Source: Octopus vulgaris
Taxonomy: Eukaryota
Assembly: GCA_951406725.2 (NCBI GenBank)
Contig: OX597815.1
Location: 188,356,001 to 188,420,000, forward strand
Direction: 5' to 3'
DNA: 64,000 bases
The translations under genes and the position numbers were made by a program. The notes beneath the pieces are model-generated. The model was not told the origin of the DNA, did no database searches, and saw only the letters and a list, made by a program, of their open reading frames with translations. The first letter of the stretch is position 1; the number at the start of each line of letters is the position of its first letter. Positions 26,148 to 39,126 of this stretch are shown here, in pieces.

Positions 26148-27030
26148 AATATATATTCATGTTTTTGTATCTTTATATGTGCATATGTGTGTGTGTGCAT
26201 GCGTGCATGCACATGGGCATGCGCTTGTGTGTATTTGTGTGTGATGTGCATGTATTTAATTTCAAGTCTGATTTTCATGTTGGCACACGGTTTCTGGCTT
26301 AGCTGAATGGATGAGAAGTCCACTTTACTTACTAGTTCAGTTGACTGAAAAACTGGATATTCATATATTGAAACTGATGGAAAAATCCATCTTATATATA
26401 TTATATATATATATATACAACAAGAAATAATATTTGTCTCATTTTATATAGAAACAAAAAGGTTTTTAGGACTGCAAAAAAAGTGCTCAAATATAAACGA
26501 GACAAAGTAATATAAAAATTTTAGTCGTTTGTATTTAACTTTTTGATAGGCCATTCTATTTGTATTTTATTTGAAATATATATTTTTACCTTCTGTGATT
26601 TTATGTATATGTATTATTTTTATATGTTTGAAAACCATGGTGATTTTTATATATGATTAAATGTTTGAGTGGTGGTGTTGTATGTAAAGTCATTGACCCA
26701 AATTTAATGTTTGTTCTACAACCAATGCTTGTTTATATGTATATATATATATATATATACTACTAATATAGGATGAAGTTTAAGTATCTTATTTATATCC
26801 TTTCGTAAGTTCTACTGAAGAGGAATGAATCTTTTATGGGATTAATTACGAAATTGATTCAATATTGAAATAACAAATTTTAAAAAAAATTCTATCGGCC
26901 GGCTTGCTCGATTTCAGTTCTTCGGTTTTTTCTGTAGCGAGTAAATTATTTGTGGAAATTGACGATTTAATAGTCTGTTATCAGCATATTGGCATTGAAA
27001 TAATTTTTTTAGCCCTTACTTATAAGTGGT

Positions 27031-27377
27031 ATATGGTAAAGACCCCCCCCTTCGATCATGAATGACCATGGGATTGCACCTAGAAAGTTACCCTCCTAGA
27101 CACAAGTCCGGGCAAGGTTGTTTATGGAAGACCAGCAGTCGCCCATGCATACCAGCCTCCCCTCTCCACGCCACCAGTGTTATCCAAGGGAAAGACAAAG
27201 GTCGATACAGCTTGGCACCAGTGACGTCGCAACTCATTTCTACAGCTGAGTGAACTGGAGCAACGTGAAATAAAGTGCCTTGCTCAAGAACACAACACGC
27301 AGCCCGGTCCGGGATTCGAGCTCACAACCTCACGATCGTAAGCTCGACGCTCTAACCACTGAGCCATGCGCCTTCAC
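27031..27377 (-). mobile_element. tRNA-derived SINE (family D-related), young, with TSD
   Basis: Minus-strand head GTGAAGGCGCATGGCTCAGTGGTTAGAGCG...GCTCGAATCCC; CpG-rich; flanks TAAGTGGTATA / TAAGTTGTATA. Confidence 0.82.
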
Positions 27378-27388
27378 TAAGTTGTATA

Positions 27389-27462
27389 TATTTCATAGTA
27401 GGCAACCAGGGTTGCTGGCTATATGAATAAGAATACAAGAGTTAAGGAATGGAGCAGATAAG

Positions 27463-27500
<38 letters not shown>

Positions 27501-27574
27501 CTTATCTGCTCCATTCCTTAACTCTTGTATTCTTATTCATATAACCAGCAACCCTGGTTGCCTACTATGAAATA
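27389..27574. repeat. Near-perfect 186-bp palindrome centred on (TA)n
   Basis: TATTTCATAGTAGG...GATAAGATCA-(TA)n-TGATCTTATC...CCTACTATGAAATA, with one mismatch seen. Confidence 0.95.
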
Positions 27575-27842
27575 GAAAAGGAATTTTTTTTCACCTTATC
27601 GCACTTCGATACAAAAAAATTCCACAACCTTCTGCTTCAGTAAACTGAAAAAACTGGAGGCATTCTACTTTGCTATCATTGTTGCCATCATCATCAAGTT
27701 GTAACCCACATATATATGTTATCTTCATCAAATTTACTTTTCTTATTTTCACCTAATTTCTTTGATGATAAAGCACCATCATTTCAGATTTATATTATAA
27801 TATAAGCATATTTTAATTACTCTGTTGCTATATAGCTCCAGG

Positions 27843-28079
27843 ATAAGGTGGCGAGCTGGCAGAAACGTTAACACGTCAGGCGAAATGCTTAGGAGTATTT
27901 CGTTTACCGCTATGTTCTGAGTTCAAATTCCGCTGAGGTCGACTTTGCCTTTCATCCTTTCGGGGTCAATTAAATAAGTACCAGTTACGCACTGGGATCG
28001 ATATAATCGACTTAATCCATTTGTCTGTCCTTGTTTGTCCTCTCTGTGTTTAGCCCCTTGTGGGCAGTAAAGAAATAGG
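27843..28079 (+). mobile_element. SINE family B with 14-bp TSD
   Basis: TATATAGCTCCAGG at 27829-27842 and 28080-28093. Confidence 0.9.
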
Positions 28080-28912
28080 TATATAGCTCCAGGTCAGCCC
28101 TGATTAAGAAGATACATAATCGAAAATATTTGAGCCATAGCCTTCCATTATTTTTAAGGTGTAGTGTATATAGGACAACATTATCCATTGTGGTTCTTCC
28201 TTAAAATCATAGAAACTAATTTGAAGGGGATTTGACTGCTGTTTCTAGCAGGTCAAATATCCACGATTCCTTGATTTCTTTATAAGCATCTCAGTTTTCT
28301 ATAATCATACAATGTCAACTGCTTTTTCTCTGAACATATTATTTTTCTTCGATTCCAAATATGACTTGTGATTTGTAATAGAAGAAAGTAATTGCAATTG
28401 TGATGGGTTTACTACTTCAATAGATTTCAGATCTTTTTTTTTTTCAATTTCTTCATAAAACTACATACAGATTTGAGCATTGATGCAAAATTGGCATCAA
28501 ATGGATTATCAACATTTTTATAGCTATGAATTAAATTTTTACTATGGTAATGAATGGATAAGAAAAGAAAGAAAAGATTGCACAGTTACAAACATTAATA
28601 GGTGAAGACACAGAGAAAAATCTAATTAATTCAGGATCCCTGTAGAAATAGTCTTCTTTAATCAACTAATGACAGAGAAATCTGGCTTGTTATTAATTTT
28701 TTTTTTCTGAATTTTGTACGATTTTCTTTCTTTAGTTTTTTTATGGTTCCTGAAAATGAATGCTAATTCTTACAAAATTGTATTAATGCTTCACCAAATC
28801 CCATGAACTGACTATCAAACTGAGAAACGAAAAGTAATAATGATGAGATTGATTTTGATGACAGTGCACATAATGAGTGTTATAAGTGGTATAGAGGAGG
28901 ATGTGGTGGCAA

Positions 28913-28923
28913 TGGTGGTGGTG

Positions 28924-28971
<48 letters not shown>

Positions 28972-28972
28972 A

Positions 28973-29004
<32 letters not shown>

Positions 29005-29055
29005 CTTGTAGTAGTAGTAGTTGTAGTAGTAGTAGTTGTTGTAGTAGTAGTAGCG

Positions 29056-29125
<70 letters not shown>

Positions 29126-29151
29126 CGGTAGTTGTTGTAGTAGTAGTAGCG

Positions 29152-29184
<33 letters not shown>
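28913..29184. repeat. (GTG)/(GTA)n microsatellite
   Basis: Direct reading; source of the poly-V/T ORFs. Confidence 0.96.
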
Positions 29185-29389
29185 ACCAGCAAGTTTACTT
29201 GTAATTACATTGGTGCTAGTATTTTAAAGCCATTTTTATATTAGGTGTACAGAATTTTTTTTTTTTGTGATTGTTGTATTGTGGCCATGACCTTTCTTGA
29301 CCTCAAATAAGTAATGCTATTAGAATCCCCCCTTGTTTTTGTCATATCTAAAGTATGTTTCATTATTTTTTCATCATAACATATAAGCA

Positions 29390-29990
29390 TATGCATGTAG
29401 CTGTATGGTAACAAGCTTGCTTCTCAACCACATGGTTCTGGGTTCAGTCCGACTGTGTGGAACCTTGGGCAAATTTCTTCTACTATAACCTTGGGCCAAT
29501 CAAAGGCGCATGAGTGGAGTTTGATAGGCAGAAACTAAAAGAAGCCTATTGTGTGTGTGTATATATAAATATAGAATAGTGGTACAATAATGGACCAGTA
29601 TTTACTGGAAATAGCAGCCAATAATATATGATGTTATAGTAAAGCTTCACTGTATATATATATATATATATATACACTGGCAAAGATGTTTGTGAGTGGC
29701 GAACATAAAAAATTTCATCCTACTTGTAGGAAGAACATTAAATAAATGCTTATATATATATAAAGGCACACACGTGTGTATGTGTGTTTGTGTCTGTGTT
29801 TGTCTTCTATTACTGCTTGACAACCGGTATTGGTGTGTTTACATTCTGGTAACTTAGCAGTTCGGCTAAAGAGATCAACAGAATCATTACCAAGCTCATA
29901 AAAACAAAAAAAAATTCATTTCACTAAAAACTCTTCAAGGCAGTGCTCCAGTATGGCCGCTCTCTAAATAACTGAAACAAGCAAACGATA
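29390..29990 (+). mobile_element. SINE family A, diverged, with an insert in the internal microsatellite
   Basis: Head at about 29390-29550 and tail at about 29780-29990 match family A. Confidence 0.7.
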
Positions 29991-32653
29991 AAAGATAAAA
30001 GATAAAAGATAAACAAAATAGAAAGGAAACATTTATTGTATTCTTTTACACATTTACTGGCTTCGATCTTTGGCTTGATTGGCTTAAGGCCATATCAAGG
30101 CGCTACTTTGTAGGGCTTTAATCAATTATATCAACCTAAGTACTTCGTCTGCTGCTTGCCTAATCAAACACGCAATCATCCCCACAAAAATATAATTAAA
30201 CTTGTAATTCTCTTGCATTGTTGAATTTCTAATTTTATAATTATTTCCAGCTCAGATTATTTCTAGACTTCTATAGTTTTCTTTTTTTTTTTTGTTTTTT
30301 GTCTGAGAAAACCATCAGAATAACTGGCATTACAACGAGAAGTAAGCAGAGTAGAATAAATAATGACAAGAAAATAAAATGAGCTTTCTCTCGTCACATT
30401 GAAATTCAGAATCAGACAAGTATTTCGTAGTTTTATTTTAGGGGGAAACACAACCAAAATAAATATCAAAATCTTTGTACGAAAGTAACATAAAGAAAAT
30501 ATTTTCATCAAAATTCTTAGTATGCCACTTATTGTCAAAGTCTTCTGGTTAGCTAGACATTTTAATATGATAGTCTATAAAGATCCATGTATGGAAAGAG
30601 CATAAATAGGACATCTTCTTTTATATTGGAATCATGTGAATGAAATGGTAAACAGTAAATGACACTTACTTTGCATAGAATAAATAATTCATATAACATT
30701 GAATTAAGTATGATAACAGCTTTTAGAATGTTCATGTTCAAGTAAAGATTATCTTGTTTGCTACAGATGGAAACCTATTAACAATTTCTTTGAACAACTA
30801 TTTTATTTTAGTTATGTGACATAAAATTATATTCCATCTATTTTATTCCTTAAAGTAAGGCTGTAAAATAGCCGCTTGAATGAAAAGATTAAGGAATGAA
30901 TAACTGCTCAGCTAATCTACTGCATTATTTTCCATTATCATGTCACATATAGAAAATGGTGTCTTTGTGTTGAAGAACAGAAAACATCCATCCATCAATG
31001 TTTATTTCTTCTAGTTGGAGGTATGCTTATTTGAATCAGAAATCCGTTTGCATACACAATCTTTACTCTCATGTATTAATGCGCATTGCACCAATGACTC
31101 ATCTTGTGTAATGGAAATAGTATTAACCTCAAAGCTGTTGTCTTCTGAAGCAATGAATTAAAGCATTACACTACATGCATATCTTGTACAATTCAATAAC
31201 ATTGAATGCAAATTCAGTTATTTTGACAACAATATCAGCCATGAATTATAATAAATATTTGTTTCTATTTTATTTTTAAGATTTCTAATTCTTTATTTAA
31301 CATAACAACTATAAGCTCATAATAATGAATTAATGTTGTGTAATTCTTTGAAAAATATATCCAGGTTAGAAGATAATGAATAGTTTGTCATAAAAAAAGA
31401 AACTGATCAAATAGTTATTTGTTTATATTAGTAATTGTTTGGTTCCACTTCTAATAAAGAATTTTGTTTCAAATACTTTTAATGGGTCCATTAAATATTT
31501 TAATGCTTGCAGCAGAATGTTAATATGAGGCAATGAAAACTGTGACTGATGATCTCTTAAAAGTCTATAACAGTTAAGTGCAAAGCGTTACTCCACCTTC
31601 TGAAATTAAGCAATACAATTTATTGTATGAGTATATAAAATACTCGTTAATTAGATGTATATTTAATGATGTTTGAGTTAGAAATTTTATGACATTTTTT
31701 TGTTTGTTTTTTAATCATTTGAGATGTTGAACTCATTTGCATGCTTTCATATCTCACAATAAATATCCTTTGAGAAAAAAGCAAGACAGAGGAATATAGT
31801 AAAGTTTAGTAAAGTCAGGGGTCAATTTAAGAGTAGGTGGGGGAGAAAAAGAGAGTAGGAGAGAGAGCAGAAGAGAGAGTAGGAGAGAGAGTAGAAGAGA
31901 GAGTAGGAGAGAGAGAGTTGAAGAGAACTAGAATGTCATCAGGTCCTGCTACTTTGCTGTGTTACTTGCCTTCCATAGAGAATAATAGGAAGGAAAAGAA
32001 GTCAAAGAGGGATGTATTAAATGAATAGAAAACAGAGAGAGAAAAGTAGGTACCGCTGTAGTATTATTGCTGTCTGGGTTACAGAAAGGTGGGTAGGATA
32101 ATTTGGAAGAATTGAAGGAAATTGTTTTGGCAGTTGATCAGAATGCCTGACTATAATTGTATGTAAGGTTGAGAATGTACAATCTGTGCATTGGATTTTA
32201 GTCTGCTGCTAAAACATATATATATGCTGGTCTACAATTACAAGATTAGCACTAAGAACTAACAACATACGATGTCAGTCACATAATACTCATATTTTAG
32301 CAATAGTAAGTACTATCTTTCCACGGCATCTATCTGTAGCTAGATGGACTTAATCATTGAAATTCCCGAGTCTTAGTTATAAGCATCTACAGAATTATAA
32401 ATTTAAATTATTATAAAAAATATGTTTATTTATTGTTCTTTATTTACTTTGAATTATAGTCATCAGCTTTTTAAAACTGAGATTGAAGTCTTGGCCTAAA
32501 ATAAAAATCTTCTTAAAAACAAAGAACTTAATTTGATGTAAAGTTGAAAAACAATTTGGACGGTGATATTTATGTCTAATATTGAGATATGTTGCTATAA
32601 TGTAATGTACTAACCAAATCACCAGTGTTTCAATGTACCCTGGTGAAATATAC

Positions 32654-32683
32654 CTAACATAGTCTTGAGGTGATCGATGGTGT
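32654..32683 (-). other. Candidate 30-nt microexon
   Basis: Minus strand reads TTTATTTATTGATTTCACTTTACAG|ACACCATCGATCACCTCAAGACTATGTTAG|GTATAT. Length is divisible by 3 and it is open in phases 1 and 2. Confidence 0.35.
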
Positions 32684-33866
32684 CTGTAAAGTGAAATCAA
32701 TAAATAAAAATAAAAATAAACATGTGAAGTTCTCTGGTGAAACATTAATCTATAAAGAAGGAAAACAAATCAGGTTTTTCTGGCAGGATATAAAATTTTC
32801 TAATCAGTAATTGAAAATATCCATTCTACAAAATCCCTTGTGTCTGATATTGGTTTTCGGCCTACTCTGCAGTGCTTTACGATACCTATGCTTCTCAAGA
32901 TCACAATATAATGGTAACATGAAAGGTGAGAAATAGAACATCTTAAAGATAATCATCAGATGTCACTTTGGCTTAGTAATAAGTTAATTGATTCAGATAG
33001 GTGTAAATATTCTCAGTTTTGCTAAACCTGAAAGTATAATAGTCTAAAGTAATCAGCCACTAGGTTATGACAGTTTCCACTTAAACCTTAGTAGTCACTT
33101 CTAATTTATTATCCTCTGAAAGGAAAGTATTAATTGCTGTGTACATTAATTTATTATACACCGAAATTATTCTCTTTTATGCATTTTTTTCGATGTTTGC
33201 TGATTACTTGGTTCACTGATTTCTTCAAAAGATTATTTTCAATAAAAGAAGCACTTATTCATAATTTATATGATGTTTGTACATATTTATCAGCCCGGAT
33301 AGTTTATTTCAAGTTTATTTTTCCTTACTAAATTATAATACTAGTAAAAATCATATAACATTCCCTTTCTGAAATATGATTGTTTAAAAAAAAGAGGCGC
33401 CAAGTTGATAAATCTTATTGTTACGAAAGACTTGTTTTCAATGTGATATTCTCATTTTTTTTTTGCTTTATTCTGATTCATTCTTTACACTCAATTAACT
33501 TACATCTATACATATTTAACATTTTTTTCCTCTCTCCTTTTTGATGATTTAGTACAATGTCTTTATGGATTATCTAACTGCCTCTGGGTAAAGTTATGTT
33601 ATCTATTTCAATACTTAAAATCCCCATTAGGTTTGTTAATGGGAGTTTATCAATAATGCAAAACAAACAAGTTCTTATATCTTTGATGGCTTCCAGAGTG
33701 ATTACACGTGAATGATGGAAAGTTTGTGCTTTACAATAATGATAGATGGTTTTATAACCTTGTACTAATATTTTTGATCTACCAACTTGATCATGAATTT
33801 TTAATATTGATCTTTGATCATAATTTTTAGCAGACGACAGCTTTCAAACTTCTAAGTTTCCCACCA

Positions 33867-34260
33867 CTTGTATTTAAAGGGATTTTGTTGTCTTCTTTCG
33901 GTTGTTTTGTTTCTTTTCTCATATCAATACTACTACTTATTAAGATTTACAATTCAATTTCCTAATTTTTATACCCTACTGTATCGTTCATGAAGGCACA
34001 TGGCCCAGTGGTTAGAGCAGTGGACTTGTGGTCGAGGGATCACAGGTTCAAATCTCAGACCGCTTGTATTTGAAGGGATTTTATTGTCTTCTTCTTCCGG
34101 TTGTTTTGTTTCTTTTCTCATATCAATAGCACTACTTATTAAGATTTACAATTCAATTTCCTAATTTTTATACCCTACTGTATCGTTCATGAAGGCACAT
34201 GGCCCAGTGGTTAGAGCAGTGGACTTGTGGTCGAGGGATCACAGGTTTGAATCTCAGACC
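33867..34260. repeat. Tandem duplication of about 196 bp covering unique flank plus a SINE tRNA-like head
   Basis: CTTGTATTT...GGCACATGGCCCAGTGGTTAGAGCAG...AATCTCAGACC occurs twice; the SINE body continues to about 34485. Confidence 0.92.
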
Positions 34261-34830
34261 AGGCAATGTGTGTGTTTATGAGCAAAACACCTAAGCTCTG
34301 ACAGAAGGTAATAGCGAATTTCTGCTGACTTTTCTGCCACAACTTTCTCTCATGCTTTCTTCCTGCATCTAGCAGCTCACCTGTGACAGACTAGTGTCCC
34401 ATCCAGGTGGGGAACCTATATGCCAATGAAACCAGGAAACCGGCCCTTATGAGCCAGGAATGGCTCGAGAAGGAACAAACACCAACACTGTAGTATTCAG
34501 TATCAGTTTTTTACTTGATCAGTTCGATTTGTATGCTACCATGGAGAATAGTTGATGTAAAAGATTGTGCTTTCCTGATTTATAGGATATAAGGCTTACT
34601 TCTGAGAACACATCCTTTGCTTGACTGCTATTACAAACAAGCCATAGGGCTAGCAACGGAAAATCAATGAATACTTTCATGCACACACGTGTATGTGTGT
34701 GTGTGTGCATGTGCCTGTGTGTATGTGTATATTACATACATATATATGTATATTTATATATATTATACCTAGGCAGACACACACACACACATATATGTAA
34801 TATACATATATATATGTAAATATACAAATA

Positions 34831-34868
<38 letters not shown>

Positions 34869-34896
34869 CATATAGATTTATAGATATAAGTACGTA

Positions 34897-35061
34897 CCAT
34901 ATTTTAACACGTATAAGGAACCCGTTTTTTTGTCAAAAATTAGGTTAAAAAATATGGGAATTTCTTATACAGAGATAAGATTATAATCCTTTACAAAACC
35001 CTTTTTTTCCAAATTTGAAACCCCTAAAATTAGAGGGTTCCTTATACATGTTAAAATATAG
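34897..35061. mobile_element. Tc1/pogo-like MITE
   Basis: TIRs CCATATTTTAACACGTATAAGGAACCC / GGGTTCCTTATACATGTTAAAATATAG, flanked by TA. Confidence 0.8.
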
Positions 35062-35225
35062 TATGTACACACACACACATGTGCGGGCACATATACACGG
35101 ATTAATATTAGTATGTATCCATAGATGTATATGTATATGTATGTAATGTATAATATATATATGTATGTAATATATATGTATGTGTGTGTATATATATATA
35201 TATATATTACATACAAATATATGTG

Positions 35226-35281
<56 letters not shown>

Positions 35282-35518
35282 GATATATATATATACATAT
35301 ACATATATATGTATAGATATATACATACATGTAACCATGTGAATTGCCAATGATTTTTTTCCCTATTTTTCCTTCTTTGTCCTTGGACATTCCTCTTTCT
35401 GATGAAGCACTATACTCTAAATGTTAACAACTTTCTCCTTTCACCACGCATCAAATTAATATATTGCTTGTGCCCACCCTCACATTCGTTTTTTTTGTTT
35501 TTTAATTGTTTGTTCTTT

Positions 35519-35554
35519 AAATTGACTACATATATTATATATATATATATATAA

Positions 35555-35585
<31 letters not shown>

Positions 35586-35703
35586 AAATAATAATAATAA
35601 TGATAATATGAGGGAATATAAAAGGTGGTTTTTTTTCTAATATATATACAGATTTATAAATACATACATATATACATATACAGACATATGTAAATTGACT
35701 ACA

Positions 35704-35802
<99 letters not shown>

Positions 35803-35826
35803 TGAGGGAATATAAAAGGTGTTTTT

Positions 35827-35867
<41 letters not shown>

Positions 35868-35880
35868 CATACATATATAC
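35519..35880. repeat. Local duplication of a compound (TA)n/(AAT)n block
   Basis: AATTGACTACATATA...ATGAGGGAATATAAAAGGTG occurs twice. Confidence 0.85.
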
Positions 35881-36302
35881 ATATACATACTTACATATAT
35901 ATCTACATACATACATACATGCATGCATACATACACACATACATACATATGAATCAGTTTTAAAACGAAGTAGATGAAGCCAAATTAAATTGTAAAGGTG
36001 ATCTAAAGATTTTCAAATAGAAATTTTTTTATATCCATTTTCTTCTCATAATTAAATCAGTTTTAGCCAGAAAATTCTTAGATTCTCCTCTACGTGTCTG
36101 ATATAGTATATAATTGATATATTCAAACAAATTTTTCAGCAACCAATGAAGTTCATATAATTCAAATTTAGAAGACATAAGGTTAGCTTCCTTTCTGTTT
36201 GCTAATATTCAATATGGAAGAAACAGGGACTGGTGAAACTGTGAATAAAATTTTTATTATCTTCTAGAAGTTATATCTTATATATATAAGTGATATCTTA
36301 TA

Positions 36303-36721
36303 TATATATTTCTTTATTGCCCACAAGGGGCTAAACGCAGAGAGGACAAACAAGGACAGACAAACGGATTAAGTCGATTATATCGACCTCAGTGCGTAAC
36401 TGGTACTTAATTTATCGACCCCGAAAGGATGAAAGGCAAAGTCAACCTCGGCGGAATTTGAACACAGAACATAGTGGCAGATGAAATACCTATTTCTTTA
36501 CTACCCACAAGGGGCTAAACATACAGGGGACAAACAAGGACAGACAAAGGGATTAAGCCGATTACATCGACTCTAGTGCATAACAGGTACTTAATTTATC
36601 GACCTCGAAAGGATGAAAGGCAAAGTCAACCTCGGCGGAATTTGAACTCAGAACGTAATAGCATACGAATATGGCTATGCATTTCGACTGACGTGCTAAC
36701 ACTTCTGCCAGCTCGCTGCCT
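36303..36721 (-). mobile_element. SINE family B dimer with 16-bp TSD
   Basis: TAAGTGATATCTTATA at 36287-36302 and 36722-36737. The two units join at GAAATACCTATTTC. Confidence 0.9.
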
Positions 36722-36861
36722 TAAGTGATATCTTATACCGTTCTATCTACTACTGTTCATTGTCCCTACTGGCCTAGATTTCTTACAATATCATCCATGC
36801 TATTTAAATCAAATATGTAACAATTTAAACAAGTTTTAGTTGTAATGTTCATGATTTAATT

Positions 36862-37246
36862 ACTCTTTTCACTCTTTTACTTGTTTCAGTCATTTGACCG
36901 TGGCCATGCTGGAGCACCGCCTTTAGTCGAGCAAATCAACCCCAGGACTTATTCTTTGTAAGCCTAGTACTTATTCTATCTGTCTCTTTTATTGAACCGC
37001 TAAGTTATGGTGACGTAAACACACCAGCATCAGTTGTCAAGCGATGTTGGAGGAACAAACATATACACACACATACATATATACGACAGGCTTCTTTCAG
37101 TTTCCATCTACCAAATCCACTCACAAGTCTTTGGTCAGCCCGAGGCTATAGTAGAAGACACTTGCCTAAGGTGCTACGCAGTGGGAGTGAACCCAGAACC
37201 ATATGGTTGGTAAGCAAGCTACATACCACACAGCCACTCCTACACC
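36862..37246 (-). mobile_element. SINE family A, full length
   Basis: Reverse complement of the family A copies. Confidence 0.88.
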
Positions 37247-37824
37247 TAATTAACTAAAATTTCCAATGATCTAATTTAATAAATTATACCAATGGGATAG
37301 TGTATATTAGTATAGGAATAATATGCATTGGTATACTAATTAATGACAAAGTAAGCCATTATATTACCTATGAACACCTGATAGAAACTACTTTTATCTT
37401 TCCACCCATCTTCATCATTATCCATTTGTTCCCATAAGGATTGTGGTAAATAGAGTCCTCAGATATGCATTCCAGAAGTTTCTATCAGAAGCAACTATTA
37501 GCAAATGATCTGGTTTGGTCCTCAATGAAAGCTAAGATATTAGCAAAGACCAAGCAAAGCTAAGATATTATTTAAGCATCTCACTTGAGGTTACTTCTGG
37601 GCCTCCTGTTGGTTGACCTTGGTCCTGGATTGAGTGCAACATGTGTGAGTTTCAGCATTCAGTCATCAAAAGAAGTAAGTCAGGGAGGGGTGGGTATTAA
37701 AAAAGTTAGACCCGACATTTTTAATTTGGTTTGCATGTTTGCCCTTACCTGAATGATCATGAATCAGAAGTAGTGAGTGAAAGGGTACAATCTCAAATAC
37801 TGGTTTCAAATTTTGGCACAATCC

Positions 37825-38575
37825 TATGCTCACAGTACTTGAGTTGTGATCTCTTGATGTGAAGAAATAACAGCTCAGCCTGGAGCAATGCCCTGATCTC
37901 TGAGCTATGCAACCTAATGATGTTTTGCAAACAACTTGCACATGTGAGTGCTACCAACTGAAAGCTCCATATACCAGAAGCCAGCAAGTGTATGGGGTCA
38001 TACAATTTCGGGATTGGGGGTAAGTTGTTTACATCAACCCCAGTATTCGACTGGTACTTATTTCATCAACCAACAAAGGATGAAAGGCAAAGTCAACCTT
38101 GGCAGGATTTGAAGTAAGAACATGAAGACAAATAAATTGCCACAAAGAATTTTGTCCAACATGGATCTGCCAGTTGGCTGTCTTAGAAAAATCTCACATA
38201 TCAGTGGCAGGATGAGGTGCCTCCAAAAGGTTACTGAGGTAAAAGGTTAGCCTTTGGATTTGGTTAACAAGATACGATGAGCAATGGCTGGAAAAACAAT
38301 GAGCTATATCTGATAACCAGTTGATCTCGCAAGTGGGGACCTAATGTCAGTGAGGGAAGCTGGTGTGCAATGATACTGTTGTGAGGTAGGCCCTGAAATG
38401 GCATGCATTCTCTCCTGATGACTCCATACACTTGCTGGCTTCTGGTATGTGGAGCTTTTGGTTGGTAGCACTCACGTATGCAATTTGTTTGCAAAACACC
38501 ATTAGGTTGCATAGCTCCAGGCTGAGCTGTTATTTCTTCACATCAAGAGATCACAACTCAAGTACTGTGAGCATA
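37825..38575. repeat. Inverted repeat pair (37825-38001 / 38418-38575)
   Basis: TATGCTCACAGTACTTGAG...GTATGGGGTCAT versus ATGACTCCATAC...CTCAAGTACTGTGAGCATA. Confidence 0.93.
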
Positions 38576-38611
38576 TGATTAGAATAGCTGAGGAAAGACT
38601 CATAAGACAGA

Positions 38612-39126
38612 TCTTATGAGTCTTCTACTTATGAGCCCTCTACTTATGAGTCTTCTATTTCTACCTATGAGTCTTCTATTTCTACTTACGAGCCTTCTAC
38701 TTATGGGTCTTCTATTTCTACTTATGAGTCTTCTACTTATGAGCCTTCTATTTATGAGTCTTCTGTTTCTACTTATGAACCGTCTACTTATGGGTCTTCT
38801 ATTTCTACTTATGAGTCTTCTACTTATGAGCCTTCTATTTATGAGTCTTCTGTTTCTACTTATGAGCCTTCTACTTATGGGTCTTCTGTTTCTACTTATG
38901 AGTCTTCTACTTATGAGCCTTCTACTTATGAACCGTCTACTTATGAGCCTTCTACTTATGGGTCTTCTATTTCTACTTATGAGTCTTCTACTTATGAGCC
39001 TTCTACTTATGGGTCTTCTGTTTCTACTTATGAGCCTTCTACTTATGGGTCTTCTATTTCTACTGATGAGTTTTCTACTTATGGGTCTTCTACGTATGAG
39101 TCTTCTACATATGAGTCTTCTACTTA
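38612..39126. repeat. 15/21-bp minisatellite (CTTATGAGTCTTCTA with optional TTTCTA)
   Basis: Direct reading. Units are multiples of 3, which explains the MSLLL ORF. Confidence 0.93.
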
